From the NCBI GenBank assembly GCA_034520885.1, contig JAXHNE010000007.1, forward strand, positions 1 to 52,826: a stretch of 52,826 nucleotides of DNA, read 5' to 3'. Within the stretch, counting starts at the first letter, position 1, and each line of letters begins with the position of its first letter. A program made the position numbers and the translations under genes. The DNA comes from Candidatus Saccharimonadota bacterium. GTDB lineage: Bacteria; Patescibacteriota; Saccharimonadia; Saccharimonadales; JAXHNE01. The notes beneath the pieces are model-generated. The model did no database searches. It was not told where the DNA came from and saw nothing but the letters and a program-made list of their open reading frames with translations. Positions 18,387 through 29,266 of this stretch are shown piece by piece.

Positions 18387-21200
18387 ATGTCTGATGTTAT
18401 TCGAGTGCGGGGAGCGCGCGAACACAACTTGAAAGATGTGTCGGTTGATATCCCCAGAGACAAATTGATTGTGATTACCGGGTTAAGCGGATCCGGGAAG
18501 TCCAGCTTGGCATTCGACACGATTTATGCCGAAGGTCAGCGGCGCTATGTCGAATCACTCAGCGCTTACGCGCGACAATTCTTGGGGCTTATGGAAAAAC
18601 CCGACGTCGATCAAATTGACGGCTTAAGCCCGGCCATCAGTATCGACCAAAAATCCACCAGCCGGAACCCTCGTTCCACGGTGGCCACCGTTACGGAAAT
18701 TTATGATTATTTGCGACTGCTTTTTGCGCGCGTGGGGACGCCGCACTGTTCGATTTGTGGCAAAACGGTTCAGCGCCAAACTATTACGGCGATCGTTCAC
18801 CAAGTAGCAAAATTGCGTCCACGGGCACGCATGATCATCCTCGCCCCGATCGTAATCGACAAAAAAGGCGCGTTCGAACACGTTCCGGAACAATACCAGC
18901 AGGCCGGTTTCGCGCGGGTGCGCGTTGACGGCGTGGTTTACGCCCTGGACGAGTTCCCGGAACTGGATAAAAAGTACAAGCATACGATCGAGGTAGTGGT
19001 AGACCGTTTGGTGAACGATGAAGCCAGCCGTAATCGACTGTCGCAATCCGTGGAGCAGGCCTTGGATTTGGCGGACGGCAAACTAAAGGTATTGCTCGCC
19101 GATGAAAAAACCACCCACGATTATTCACTAAAATACGCCTGCGTTGATCACCCGGAGGTGTTGATTCCCGAACTCGAACCGCGAACCTTTAGTTTTAATA
19201 GTCCGCATGGTGCCTGCCCGGTGTGCACGGGGCTCGGTTCGCGCTTGGAGGTCGACCCCGAGCTGGTTATTCCCAATGGCCGACTTACTATCGCGGAAGG
19301 AGCAATCCGGCCGTACAATCGCGTAAGTGCCGATGCGTGGTGGATGAAAAAACTCCAAGCCGTTTCCGAAGTTCATGGGTTCGATTTACACGTACCGACC
19401 GCGGAGCTTTCCGACGAAGACACTCGAATAATAATGTACGGCACTGGCGAGCAAACCTATCCGGTGCAATTGGGAAGCGGGCGAACTTTCGATTCCACTT
19501 ACGAAGGAGTCGTGCCCAACCTGGAACGGCGCCACCGTGAGACCGAAAGTGATTTTATGCGCCGGGACATCGAACGGTTTATGCGCGAGAAACCCTGCCA
19601 TGCCTGCCACGGGCAACGTTTACGAAAAGAAGTTTTGGCCATTACGGTCGGCGGAAAATCAATAATTGATATTTGCAATCTTTCCATTGACCAAGCCGCC
19701 GATACGTTCGAAAAATTGCGGCTTAACAAGCAAGAACAAAAAATTGGCCATCAAATACTAAAAGAAATTAAAGCCCGGCTGAGCTTTATGCAAAATGTCG
19801 GTTTGAATTACTTAAGTTTGGCACGGGGTGCGGCCACGCTTTCCGGCGGCGAAGCCCAGCGTATTCGTCTGGCCACGCAAATCGGTTCGGGACTCGAAGG
19901 CGTGCTTTACGTTCTGGACGAACCGAGCATCGGCCTGCATCAACGCGACAACGGCCGGCTCATTAAAACTTTGAAACGTTTGCGGGACTTGGGTAATACG
20001 GTGATTGTCGTGGAACACGACGAAGACACCATTCGCACCGCGGACTATCTACTGGATATCGGCCCCGGTGCGGGCGTGCACGGCGGGGAAGTCGTCGCTT
20101 CCGGACCCCCAAAAGAGGTCGAAAAAGTAAAAGAAAGCGTTACCGGGCAATATCTACGTGGCAATAAAAAAGTAAAAACCCCAAAAACCCGCCGCAAAGG
20201 CAACGGGCGGGCGTTGCGTATCATCGGTGCTCACGAACACAATCTCAAAGACGTTACCGTGGAAGTGCCGCTGGGCAAAATGGTGGTCGTGAGCGGAGTG
20301 TCCGGTTCAGGCAAATCCAGTCTCATTAATGACATTTTGGCCAAGGAGCTTTCCGCCCGGCTCATGCGGGCCAATGCGGTTCCCGGCCGGCATCAATCAA
20401 TCGAAGGTATCGAACATTTAGACAAAGCGATCGTTATCGATCAATCGCCCATTGGCCGTACGCCGCGTTCCAACCCGGCGACCTACACCGGATTGTTCAC
20501 GCCTATCCGGGAATTGTTCGCATCCGTTCCGGAGTCAAAACTACGGGGGTACAAGCCGGGCCGTTTCAGTTTTAACGTAAAAGGCGGACGCTGTGAAAAC
20601 TGTGCCGGTGACGGAATCATTAAAATCGAAATGCATTTTTTGCCGGACGTCTACGTGCCGTGCGAGGAATGTAAAGGGAAGCGGTACAACCGCGAAGCGC
20701 TAGAGATTCACTACAAGGGCAAAACCATTAGTGACGTACTTGAAATGACCACCGAAACGGCCTTGACGTTTTTTGCGAACGTTCCCGTAATCGCCCGCAA
20801 ACTACAAACCTTGGTCGACGTCGGCCTGGGCTACATAACGCTCGGGCAGTCCGCGGTAACGCTTTCCGGCGGCGAAGCCCAGCGCGTAAAATTGGCCACT
20901 GAACTTTCCAAACGATCCACCGGAAAAACACTGTATATTTTGGACGAACCGACCACCGGGCTACACATGGACGACATAGAAAAATTACTGGGCGTGCTCC
21001 ACGCTCTGGTAAATAATGGCAATAGCATGATTATTATCGAGCACAACCTGGACATTATTAAAAATGCCGATCATATCATTGATATGGGACCGGAAGGCGG
21101 CGATGGCGGAGGTGAAATTATCGCCGAAGGCACACCGGAAGAAATCGCAACTAATCCGCAATCATATACCGCGGGATTTTTAAAGCGGGTAATAAAGTAA
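18387..21200 (+). CDS. uvrA: excinuclease ABC subunit UvrA
   Basis: Two ABC modules (GLSGSGKSSLAFDT, GVSGSGKSSLIND, LSGGEAQR twice) and zinc-finger cysteines. 937 aa. TATAAT 9 nt before the ATG. Confidence 0.97.
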   Translation: MSDVIRVRGAREHNLKDVSVDIPRDKLIVITGLSGSGKSSLAFDTIYAEGQRRYVESLSAYARQFLGLMEKPDVDQIDGLSPAISIDQKSTSRNPRSTVATVTEIYDYLRLLFARVGTPHCSICGKTVQRQTITAIVHQVAKLRPRARMIILAPIVIDKKGAFEHVPEQYQQAGFARVRVDGVVYALDEFPELDKKYKHTIEVVVDRLVNDEASRNRLSQSVEQALDLADGKLKVLLADEKTTHDYSLKYACVDHPEVLIPELEPRTFSFNSPHGACPVCTGLGSRLEVDPELVIPNGRLTIAEGAIRPYNRVSADAWWMKKLQAVSEVHGFDLHVPTAELSDEDTRIIMYGTGEQTYPVQLGSGRTFDSTYEGVVPNLERRHRETESDFMRRDIERFMREKPCHACHGQRLRKEVLAITVGGKSIIDICNLSIDQAADTFEKLRLNKQEQKIGHQILKEIKARLSFMQNVGLNYLSLARGAATLSGGEAQRIRLATQIGSGLEGVLYVLDEPSIGLHQRDNGRLIKTLKRLRDLGNTVIVVEHDEDTIRTADYLLDIGPGAGVHGGEVVASGPPKEVEKVKESVTGQYLRGNKKVKTPKTRRKGNGRALRIIGAHEHNLKDVTVEVPLGKMVVVSGVSGSGKSSLINDILAKELSARLMRANAVPGRHQSIEGIEHLDKAIVIDQSPIGRTPRSNPATYTGLFTPIRELFASVPESKLRGYKPGRFSFNVKGGRCENCAGDGIIKIEMHFLPDVYVPCEECKGKRYNREALEIHYKGKTISDVLEMTTETALTFFANVPVIARKLQTLVDVGLGYITLGQSAVTLSGGEAQRVKLATELSKRSTGKTLYILDEPTTGLHMDDIEKLLGVLHALVNNGNSMIIIEHNLDIIKNADHIIDMGPEGGDGGGEIIAEGTPEEIATNPQSYTAGFLKRVIK

Positions 21201-21201
21201 A

Positions 21202-21537
21202 ATGATTGAAAAATCGGTTGAATTGGCAGTGGACGATTTTGAAACCGAGTTTGCCGTAACGCCACCTCCCAAGGAGAGTGACGTTGTCCCCAGGCTGGCA
21301 CTTTGGCTTTCCGTGGAGCGTTCGGCAAAAATGTGCTTTGACGATGGGCGTTTACCGGCCAGTGAAGACCTCGTGCTGAGGCGAGTGCAAGCCGATTCGC
21401 GTTTACGTGCCACGCGCATTGCCCGCAACCACGCCATAGATAACGGCACTCCTTATGCCCGTGGGTTGCTAATGCATTTCGCGCAAAGAGTCACTGATAG
21501 GCGAAGCGAGGAAGAAATTCGTAAGTACTACGCATGA
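21202..21537 (+). CDS. hypothetical protein
   Basis: 111-aa ORF starting 1 nt after the uvrA stop. No recognisable motifs. Confidence 0.45.
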   Translation: MIEKSVELAVDDFETEFAVTPPPKESDVVPRLALWLSVERSAKMCFDDGRLPASEDLVLRRVQADSRLRATRIARNHAIDNGTPYARGLLMHFAQRVTDRRSEEEIRKYYA

Positions 21538-21606
21538 AATACGTGCACAAAAATATCACTTTGTTATACTAAAGTGGTAAAGTGATAGCCTAATACTGGA
21601 GAAAAT

Positions 21607-22329
21607 ATGTCAGCGGACGAGATAGTCGTTAATGTAAAAGAACGCAATGTAATCAAAAAAGGATTAAATTCTCTTCGTGAGAACGGGGAAGTTCCCGCCG
21701 TGTTGCACAATCACGGCAAAGACTCCATACACTTGCAAGGGAATTATGTTGAGTTAATGAAAATGTATCAGGAAGCCGGGCGGCACCACCCGGTGTTTTT
21801 GAGTGTCGGCGGTAAAAAACACATGGCCTTGGTGAAAGAAGCGGATTTTGAGCCGACCAAACAGAAGCTGCGCCACATCGTGTTTCAAGCGATTCGCCAA
21901 AACGAAAAAACCACCGCGGAAATCCCGCTCGTTTTCAAAGAAGATACGGAAATTCCTGCCGAACGAGCCGGACTGTTGGTGCTTCGGTCTCTCGATTATG
22001 TAGAAGTCGAAGCCCTTCCCAAAGACTTTCCCGACGAGCTGGTGGTTGATCCGAGCACGCTCGCGGAAGTCGGTGATACCCTCACCGTTGCGGATATCAA
22101 GGTACCGGACGGCGTGGAAATTATTACGGAGGCCGAACACGGAATTGCTTCGGTAGAAATGCCACGTGATCAGGTGGCCGAAGCCGACGCCGCTGCCGCC
22201 GATCTTGCCGAGGATGCCGAATCCAGCGATGAAGTGCCGTCCGACCAAGATACGGAAGAAGAATCGACAGAAGAAGCCGAATCCGAGGACTCATCAGAGG
22301 AAGGCGAAGAAGAAAAACCCTCCGAATAA
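21607..22329 (+). CDS. rplY: 50S ribosomal protein L25/general stress protein Ctc with an acidic C-terminal tail
   Basis: L25/Ctc N-terminal fold (RENGEVPAVLHNHGKDSIHL..), beta-barrel domain, then a Glu/Asp/Ser-rich tail. GGAGAAAAT before the ATG. Confidence 0.85.
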   Translation: MSADEIVVNVKERNVIKKGLNSLRENGEVPAVLHNHGKDSIHLQGNYVELMKMYQEAGRHHPVFLSVGGKKHMALVKEADFEPTKQKLRHIVFQAIRQNEKTTAEIPLVFKEDTEIPAERAGLLVLRSLDYVEVEALPKDFPDELVVDPSTLAEVGDTLTVADIKVPDGVEIITEAEHGIASVEMPRDQVAEADAAAADLAEDAESSDEVPSDQDTEEESTEEAESEDSSEEGEEEKPSE

Positions 22330-22335
22330 AGCGAG

Positions 22336-24120
22336 CTATTCTTCCAAGAACCCACCTGACTGGTGCGACCAGAGCTCCGCGTAGATACCCGCTTTATACA
22401 TGAGTTCTTTGTGGGTGCCTTCTTCGACGATTTCCCCGTTCTCCATAACCAAAATTCTGTCCATTTTCTGGATAGTGCTCAAGCGGTGAGCTACCACGAG
22501 CGCCGTGCGATTTTGCATGAGTTTCCACAATGCGTCTTGGATCAAAGTTTCGCTTTCGGAGTCCAGGGCACTGGTTGCTTCGTCAAGTACGAGAATCGGG
22601 GCGTTTTTCAGTATGGCCCTGGCAATGGCGATCCGTTGGCGCTGCCCTCCACTTAGTTTTACGCCACGCTCTCCGACCAGTGTGTCGTAGCCGTGTGGCA
22701 TATCAGCAATAAAGCTATCCGCGTTAGCGAGCTTCGCTGCCGCGGAGATTTCTTCGTCGGTCGCGTCGGGCCGGGCGTATGCGATGTTTTCGGTAATGGA
22801 GCGGTGAAACAACAATGGCTCTTGGGGCACGGTCGCTATGACCTTACGCAAGGAACGCTGCGTTACCTCCGCGATATTCTGGCCATCTATGTCTATGGAA
22901 CCATCGCTTACGTCCATAGTGCGTTGTAATAGTTTGGTAATGGTCGTTTTACCGCTTCCGGAGTGACCGACTAACCCAATTTTTTCACCGGGTTTAATCC
23001 GGAGATCAAGGTTTTCGAACAATAGGCTTCCATCAACGACATCCGGATATGCAAAATTGACTCCTTTTAATTCTATTGAACCCCGGGGAACTCGCAGATC
23101 TTTGGCGTGCTCCGCGTCTTTCACGTCCGGTTCGCGGCGTAAAATATACGTCATGTCATTCGCATCACCGAGCGCGCGGTTCAGGTTTCGGAACACTCGA
23201 TTCGATTCACGTAGTCGCCGAGTGAGTGACATCGTGTAGCTTACCGCCAAAAATAATACTCCAGCGTCCGCGCCGAAGTCGGTTATGGCAATAATGCCTG
23301 ACAAAAAGGCCACGAAAGCAATGGTGTTATTCATGGAGTGGCTTATAAGATCGTTCACCCAAGCCTTACTCAGAAGATTCCAGTATCTACTGGACGTGTC
23401 CTTGGCCTGTGCGGTGAATAAACCGAGCTCATATTCTTCATTCGCGAACGAACGAACCGCCGACACGTTGGTTACCATATCGGCCAGCTTCCCGGTACGC
23501 TCACTTTCGCTTGATGCGAGCGCCCGGTCATACGGTAACGTAGCCTTCGTGCGCCGATACATAACAACGAAATAAATAATCGATAATACGAAAAATGCCG
23601 CCGCATACAACGGAGCGGTAAATAAAAGTACTCCGAATGAACTTACGTAGGCAACGATTCCCGTGGTGATGCTCCACGTAAGTTCGTCCATTGTTCGCTC
23701 ATAAGCTCGCAGGAATTTAGTGGTTTGGGATACCAACGATCCGCCAAAATTACTGGCGTGAAACCGATCTTCCAGGTGTTGTAGGTGATCGAAGATATAT
23801 ATAGCGATGTGCTGCAGGGCGGCTATCTCATAGCGCCATACGTGCCATACCTGGGTACGCCACAACAACAGTCCGAGCGTAATGGAAATAAAATACGCCA
23901 AAAGATATGGTACGAATGTAGTAAATTGGAGTGCCTCGCCACCTTGGGCGGCTCGCTGTATAACATCGAACGCCCGTGAAATAATTAGCGGTGGAATAAT
24001 TTCCTGGGCAATTACCGCCAACCCGGCACCGCCCGTGCCGATCCAAAACGATTTTTTATGTGGTTTGGTAAATCGCCAAAACAAACCCAGGGTTTGCTTG
24101 ACGTTGGTCGATTGTTTCAT
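22336..24120 (-). CDS. ABC exporter, fused permease/ATP-binding protein (MsbA/MdlB-like)
   Basis: Six-TM N-terminal domain. Walker A GHSGSGKTT, signature LSGGQRQR, Walker B ILVLDEATSALD. Confidence 0.9.
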   Translation of the reverse strand: MKQSTNVKQTLGLFWRFTKPHKKSFWIGTGGAGLAVIAQEIIPPLIISRAFDVIQRAAQGGEALQFTTFVPYLLAYFISITLGLLLWRTQVWHVWRYEIAALQHIAIYIFDHLQHLEDRFHASNFGGSLVSQTTKFLRAYERTMDELTWSITTGIVAYVSSFGVLLFTAPLYAAAFFVLSIIYFVVMYRRTKATLPYDRALASSESERTGKLADMVTNVSAVRSFANEEYELGLFTAQAKDTSSRYWNLLSKAWVNDLISHSMNNTIAFVAFLSGIIAITDFGADAGVLFLAVSYTMSLTRRLRESNRVFRNLNRALGDANDMTYILRREPDVKDAEHAKDLRVPRGSIELKGVNFAYPDVVDGSLLFENLDLRIKPGEKIGLVGHSGSGKTTITKLLQRTMDVSDGSIDIDGQNIAEVTQRSLRKVIATVPQEPLLFHRSITENIAYARPDATDEEISAAAKLANADSFIADMPHGYDTLVGERGVKLSGGQRQRIAIARAILKNAPILVLDEATSALDSESETLIQDALWKLMQNRTALVVAHRLSTIQKMDRILVMENGEIVEEGTHKELMYKAGIYAELWSHQSGGFLEE

Positions 24121-24335
24121 ACCCAGGCCTCCACCTGATAATTATGTAATTTCTATAAGTGTTTTTTAGATAAAGGGCGCGGAAAGACGCCCATTTTTAA
24201 TGTCACGGTGGTCATTTTGTCGGCGCCTTTCCTTTATTTTGTAAATATTGCTACAATTTTACTACTTATTTTTTAACTGTCAAGCCGATATTGTGGCTTG
24301 CCAAGCGCCTGTACCCGTTCTACACTACATTTCCG

Positions 24336-25211
24336 ATGGAGAAGATCATACTTTACTACAAGTTCGTGCCGGTCGATGACCCGGAGACCGTAAAGTTTTG
24401 GCAGCGTAATTTGTGCGAACGGCTAAACCTACGGGGGCGGATTATTATTTCCCGGCACGGCATTAATGGCACGCTCGGCGGCGACATTAAAAATTTAAAG
24501 CTATATCGCCGTGAAATGAACGAACACCCGTCGTTCAAGAAGATCCAATACAAGTGGAGTGATGGTAGTCAGGCCGACTTTCCACGTTTGAGCGTAAAGG
24601 TTCGTCCCGAACTCGTAACTTTGGCACCGGAGGAAGATTTTGACGTGTTTGGCAGCACCAAGGGGTTGAGCCCTCAGCAATGGCATGACTATATAGAAAA
24701 ACACCCCGACGTTTTGATTTTGGACGCCCGCAATGAGTACGAAAGCGAAATCGGTGCTTTCAAAGGAAAAAACGTCATAAAACCAAAAATTAATGCCTTC
24801 CGCGAAATAAAGCCGGAGTTGGAAAAGCTGCCCAAAGACCGGCCGATTTTAACCTATTGTACCGGTGATATTCGCTGTGAATACTTGAGTGCCTACATGA
24901 AACACAAGGGATTTGACGAGGTGTATCACCTTGATGGCGGCATTGTTAAATACGGGCAAGAATACAAGGATAAAGGCCATTGGGAGGGGAGGTGTTTCGT
25001 ATTTGATAACCGCTTAAACATCGCCTTTTCCGAAGACGCGAAAGACATCGGCGAGTGTATTCATTGCGGTGAGCGTACCAGTAATCACCAAAATTGCGCT
25101 AACCAGGCCTGCAATCTATTCGCCCTGGTGTGCGAGGCCTGCACTGCCACACTTTCGGTGTGTTCCGGATCTTGCGCGGACGCGGTGAACCTCGAAACGC
25201 CTGTCTCATAA
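24336..25211 (+). CDS. trhO: rhodanese-related sulfurtransferase / tRNA uridine(34) hydroxylase TrhO (UPF0176/YceA family)
   Basis: ILYYKF N-terminus. Rhodanese active-site loop YCTGDIRCE. C-terminal Cys-rich region. The track ORF starts at TTG 24291; ATG 24336 is preferred. Confidence 0.82.
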   Translation: MEKIILYYKFVPVDDPETVKFWQRNLCERLNLRGRIIISRHGINGTLGGDIKNLKLYRREMNEHPSFKKIQYKWSDGSQADFPRLSVKVRPELVTLAPEEDFDVFGSTKGLSPQQWHDYIEKHPDVLILDARNEYESEIGAFKGKNVIKPKINAFREIKPELEKLPKDRPILTYCTGDIRCEYLSAYMKHKGFDEVYHLDGGIVKYGQEYKDKGHWEGRCFVFDNRLNIAFSEDAKDIGECIHCGERTSNHQNCANQACNLFALVCEACTATLSVCSGSCADAVNLETPVS

Positions 25212-25237
25212 AATACGAATACGCTATACTTCTTGGT

Positions 25238-25792
25238 ATGAAACGCATACGCAACCAGCAGGACCCACTGTACGTACCGGATTATTTTGCCGGGGGAGTC
25301 GGGGATATCGATTTCGCGAAATTAAAAAAGGACGGCGTAAAAGTACTGGCTTTCGATGCGGATAATACGCTCATTGCCTTTTCGTTGTCACCGTTTCATC
25401 CGAAACATATCGGCGACAAATTACTCAAGAAACTGCAAAAAAATCGGAAGTTGTTTGATAAATGGATCATTGCCAGTAACCGGCCGACCAATGACCTTCA
25501 AGAGCTAGCGACCAGTATTCGCGCCCAAGTGGTTCGCGCGGGGCTACTGCATCGAAAACCGCGGAAGGAATACTTCCGGGAGGTAATTAAACGTGCCGAC
25601 GTGAAACCCGGACAAATCGCCATGGTCGGCGATAAGCTTTTGGCTGATATGTACGGGGCGAAACGAACGGGGATGAAAACGGTAATGGTGAAACCGGTAG
25701 GAGCCGACAATCCCTTGGACTGGCTTATTCAGACGCGCCGTCTCGAACGATGGTTACTTAAAAAATTCATCAAGCCGTCTTCGTTTTCATGA
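25238..25792 (+). CDS. YqeG-family HAD-IIIA phosphatase
   Basis: DADNTLI motif I and VGDKLLADMYGAKRTGMKTVMV motif III. TATACT 7 nt before ATG 25238 (the track ORF starts at 25130, inside trhO). Confidence 0.8.
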   Translation: MKRIRNQQDPLYVPDYFAGGVGDIDFAKLKKDGVKVLAFDADNTLIAFSLSPFHPKHIGDKLLKKLQKNRKLFDKWIIASNRPTNDLQELATSIRAQVVRAGLLHRKPRKEYFREVIKRADVKPGQIAMVGDKLLADMYGAKRTGMKTVMVKPVGADNPLDWLIQTRRLERWLLKKFIKPSSFS

Positions 25793-27306
25793 AATCGCCG
25801 CTAGAAGAAAAGCTCGCTCAACTGCCAACGACCCCCGGCGTATATTTTCATAAAAATGCCGCCGGTGAAATTATTTACATTGGTAAAGCCGCGAACTTAC
25901 GCGGCCGGGTGCGGCAATATTTCCAAAAGTCACGCGGCCGGGATCCGAAAACAGAGGCTCTGGTGGCCGAGATACGCGATATTGATTGGCGGGAAGTCGA
26001 AACGGAGCTTGACGCGTTATTTTTGGAGGCGGAGCTGATTCGGCGTTACATGCCGCAATACAATATTTTGCTACGGGATGATAAAAGTTTGGCCTACGTA
26101 CGGGTTTCGCATAAGTCAAAACACCCAACGGTGACGATCACGCGTCGGCCGCTGGACGATAACGCTGACTATCTGGGGCCTTACCATAGCGCTCTTACCG
26201 TAAAACGTGCCCTGAAGGCGTTACGCAAAATATTCCCGTACTCTACGCACAAAGGGGTCGTCCCCAAACGGGCGTGCCTGCAAGCACATTTGGGGTTGTG
26301 TCCGGGTTTGGAGGCGGACATGGCCCCACTGGGCGAATATCGGGCGAACTTGAAAAAACTCACGAAGTACTTACGCGCCGAACGCGTGCAAGTGATGCGC
26401 GAACTGGAAAAAGAAATGAAAGAAAGTGCGAAAAAGTCGCAATTCGAAAAAGCAGCCAAACTGCGCAACCAATTGTTCGCTTTACGCCACCTTTCCCGGC
26501 AGATCGTATTCTCAGATAGCGAATCGCTGGATATCAGCAAAGACTATGGGCTGCGTGACCTGCAAAAACTACTTAATTTGCCAGCCGTTCCGCGCCGGAT
26601 CGAAGGTTATGATGTGAGCCACCAACACGGAACCGACAACGTGGCCAGTATGGTGGTGTTTACGGCGGGCATTCCCGATAAATCGGCATATCGCAAATTC
26701 AAACTCCGTATTCCAGGTAATAACGACTTCGCGCACATGCACGAGGCGCTTTCACGCAGGCTCAAACCGCGTTACATAAAAAATTGGGGAAAGCCGGATC
26801 TCATTTTGATTGACGGCGGCAAAGGGCAGTTGTCTTCCGCGATAAAGGCGTGTGAAGAAGCCGGCATTGAAATTCCAATGATCGGGCTGGCCAAGCGTGA
26901 GGAAGAAATTATTATGCACGTTAATTCGCGGGTCGTACTTTCCGATAAGGAGCTGAAAAACCAAAGCGGCTTCGTGCGAAAGGAAGGGGAGTTCCTGGTA
27001 GGGGAGCTGCCGAAAACGAGCCACATCGTAAAACTTCTCCAACGAATCAGGGATGAATCGCACCGTTTTGCGGTAAGCTACCATTCTTCACTAAAACAAA
27101 AACGCCAAACGGCCAGCATCTTAGAGGAGATTCCAACCATCGGACCGGCAACACGTAAAAAGTTAACCAAGGCGTTCGGTGGCTTTCGCGGGGTCGTGCG
27201 GGCACGTAGGGCTGATCTTGAAAAGGTAGTTGGCAAGTCAAAAGCGAGCCTAATCCGACAATACCTTCGGGCGTACAAAAGCAAGGAAGATCATGAAAAG
27301 GAGTAA
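25789..27306 (+). CDS. uvrC: excinuclease ABC subunit UvrC (compact, 505 aa)
   Basis: N-terminal GIY-YIG (GVYFHKNAAGEIIYIGKAANLRGRV). UVR-like helix (AAKLRNQLFALRHL). RNase H-like endonuclease domain. C-terminal HhH (IPTIGPATRKKL). Confidence 0.9.
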   Translation: MKSPLEEKLAQLPTTPGVYFHKNAAGEIIYIGKAANLRGRVRQYFQKSRGRDPKTEALVAEIRDIDWREVETELDALFLEAELIRRYMPQYNILLRDDKSLAYVRVSHKSKHPTVTITRRPLDDNADYLGPYHSALTVKRALKALRKIFPYSTHKGVVPKRACLQAHLGLCPGLEADMAPLGEYRANLKKLTKYLRAERVQVMRELEKEMKESAKKSQFEKAAKLRNQLFALRHLSRQIVFSDSESLDISKDYGLRDLQKLLNLPAVPRRIEGYDVSHQHGTDNVASMVVFTAGIPDKSAYRKFKLRIPGNNDFAHMHEALSRRLKPRYIKNWGKPDLILIDGGKGQLSSAIKACEEAGIEIPMIGLAKREEEIIMHVNSRVVLSDKELKNQSGFVRKEGEFLVGELPKTSHIVKLLQRIRDESHRFAVSYHSSLKQKRQTASILEEIPTIGPATRKKLTKAFGGFRGVVRARRADLEKVVGKSKASLIRQYLRAYKSKEDHEKE

Positions 27307-28003
27307 AATAAAGCGTGTTATGAAAATACTGATGTTGGTCGTTTTAGTTGTTCTCGTTGCGGAGGCTGCCGCTCTTCTCGTACTTAAAAGCCAGGTTGCT
27401 CGATATGATGCCCATTGGGAGCGGGTTGCGGCACGGGAATCGCCCGAAGATGCGCTTACGTATCTTGCGCTCGGTGATTCCGCGGCGCAGGGCATAGGTG
27501 CCACGAGCCCGCAACGAGGCTATGTCGGCTTGATTGCAAAGTCACTGGAGAACAAACACCAACGACCCGTACACACCATAAATATCAGTAAAACGGGAGC
27601 ACGTTTACAAGATTGTATTGACGAACAGTTACCACGGCTCACAAAACTATCCCCGGATGTCGTCACGATTCAAATTGGCGCGAATAATATGAAGGACTTT
27701 AGTCCTGATAACTTTCAAAAGCGAATGAATACTATTATGCAAGCCCTGCCAGAGCATGCGGCTATAAGCGATATACCGTATTTCGGGGGCGGAAGACACC
27801 GGGGGCTGGAGGATAACGTGCTTCGGGCCAATCAAATTATTCACGGTTTGGCAAAAAAGCACCGGCTGAGCGTTGCGCCACTGCATGAATTTACCAAAGA
27901 CCGGGACAGTCTCTTAACCTACTCCGCCGATCTTTTTCATCCCGGCAACATCGGTTACAAAAATTGGCATGACGCGTTTTGGAGCGTATTTAACCGGGAT
28001 TGA
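27293..28003 (+). CDS. SGNH/GDSL-family hydrolase with N-terminal membrane anchor
   Basis: Block I ALGDSAAQG, block III IGANN, block V DLFHPG. TM helix ILMLVVLVVLVAEAAALLV. Confidence 0.75.
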   Translation: MKRSKIKRVMKILMLVVLVVLVAEAAALLVLKSQVARYDAHWERVAARESPEDALTYLALGDSAAQGIGATSPQRGYVGLIAKSLENKHQRPVHTINISKTGARLQDCIDEQLPRLTKLSPDVVTIQIGANNMKDFSPDNFQKRMNTIMQALPEHAAISDIPYFGGGRHRGLEDNVLRANQIIHGLAKKHRLSVAPLHEFTKDRDSLLTYSADLFHPGNIGYKNWHDAFWSVFNRD

Positions 28004-28023
28004 TCTGCTATACTTCCGCAGTT

Positions 28024-29247
28024 ATGACCGATCCGTATTCCAAAAAATATTTTACGCGTAACCGAAAACGTTTACGTGCTCTCGTGGACGATGACGTGCC
28101 GATTATCGTAACCGCTAATACGCAAGTTCAGTATAGTGCGGACACCGCTTTCCCTTTCCGTCAGGACAGTAATTTTTGGTATCTGACGGGTGTTGACGAA
28201 CCGGATATGATTTACGTTCATGACGGTCACAAAGAAACTTTGATTCTTCCTAAGCCCAACGGTGTGCGGGATGTCTTTGACGGTGCAATAAACCAAGCGG
28301 AAGTTATAAAGCGTTCCGGAATCGAACGGGTCATTTCTCACAAGCAAGGCATGATTCTTCTTAAAAGTCTGGTAAAAAAGTATCGCCACATGGCTACTTT
28401 GCTGCCGGCTACCGCCCTTCAATCGCTTCATGGCGTTATGCCCAATCCGGCCCGAAAACAACTTATTAAGCGTTTGCGCCGATTGCGCGCCGGGTTAACG
28501 TTCATGCATCTCGGGACTCCGTTCGCACATTTACGAAGCGTGAAATCCAACGAAGAGCTAACCGCCATACAAGCTTCCATTGATTATACGATCGAAGCTT
28601 TCCAGCGCATTAAGCCGCAAATACGCCAAGGTACGTACGAGTATCAGCTTGAAGCCGATCTAACGCACTCTTTTAATAACCGCTACGCCATACATGCTTA
28701 CCCGCCGATCATTGCGAGCGGCGCGAACGCTACGACCCTGCATTACGGCAAAAACCGTGACCGGCTAAAAAATAATAGCCAGGTGCTCATTGACGTCGGC
28801 GCCGAAGCTTTCCGCGGAGCGGCCGATATTACGCGCACTTACGCCACGTCCAAGCCCGCTCCACGATTGCGCGAGGTGCATGAGGCCGTGGCACACCTAC
28901 AGGATTATGCGCTGGAGTTACTCAAACCGGGTGTTCATATGCGCGAGTACGAAGTGAAAGTCGAAAAGGAAATGGGGCGCACTCTCAAACACTTAGGGTT
29001 GCTGCAACGGGCGACACGCCGCCAAATTAGGAAATTTTACCCACATGCCACGTCGCATAGCCTGGGGCTTGATGTGCATGACAGTTTCGACTACTCGCAA
29101 GCCTTCCGACCGGGTATGGTGTTTACCGTTGAACCGGGCATTTACTTGCCGGACGAAGCCATTGGCGTCCGCATCGAAGACAATGTGCTCATTACCGAAG
29201 AAGGCGTCCGGGTACTTTCTAAGAACTTGTCGCGTGACCTCTGGTAG
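28024..29247 (+). CDS. pepP: Xaa-Pro aminopeptidase (M24B)
   Basis: Metal ligand motifs IDVGAE.., HATSHSLGLDVHD, FTVEPGIY, GVRIEDNVLIT. ATG 28024 preferred over TTG 28000. Confidence 0.85.
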   Translation: MTDPYSKKYFTRNRKRLRALVDDDVPIIVTANTQVQYSADTAFPFRQDSNFWYLTGVDEPDMIYVHDGHKETLILPKPNGVRDVFDGAINQAEVIKRSGIERVISHKQGMILLKSLVKKYRHMATLLPATALQSLHGVMPNPARKQLIKRLRRLRAGLTFMHLGTPFAHLRSVKSNEELTAIQASIDYTIEAFQRIKPQIRQGTYEYQLEADLTHSFNNRYAIHAYPPIIASGANATTLHYGKNRDRLKNNSQVLIDVGAEAFRGAADITRTYATSKPAPRLREVHEAVAHLQDYALELLKPGVHMREYEVKVEKEMGRTLKHLGLLQRATRRQIRKFYPHATSHSLGLDVHDSFDYSQAFRPGMVFTVEPGIYLPDEAIGVRIEDNVLITEEGVRVLSKNLSRDLW

Positions 29248-29266
29248 CGTACAATAGCTTAAGCTT

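Noticed and set aside
18624-21055. Numerous antisense or out-of-frame track ORFs inside uvrA, alaS, obg, copB, the ABC exporter and others
   Set aside because: All are embedded in long, well-supported genes with clear family motifs. This is typical of spurious ORFs in GC-richer coding DNA.
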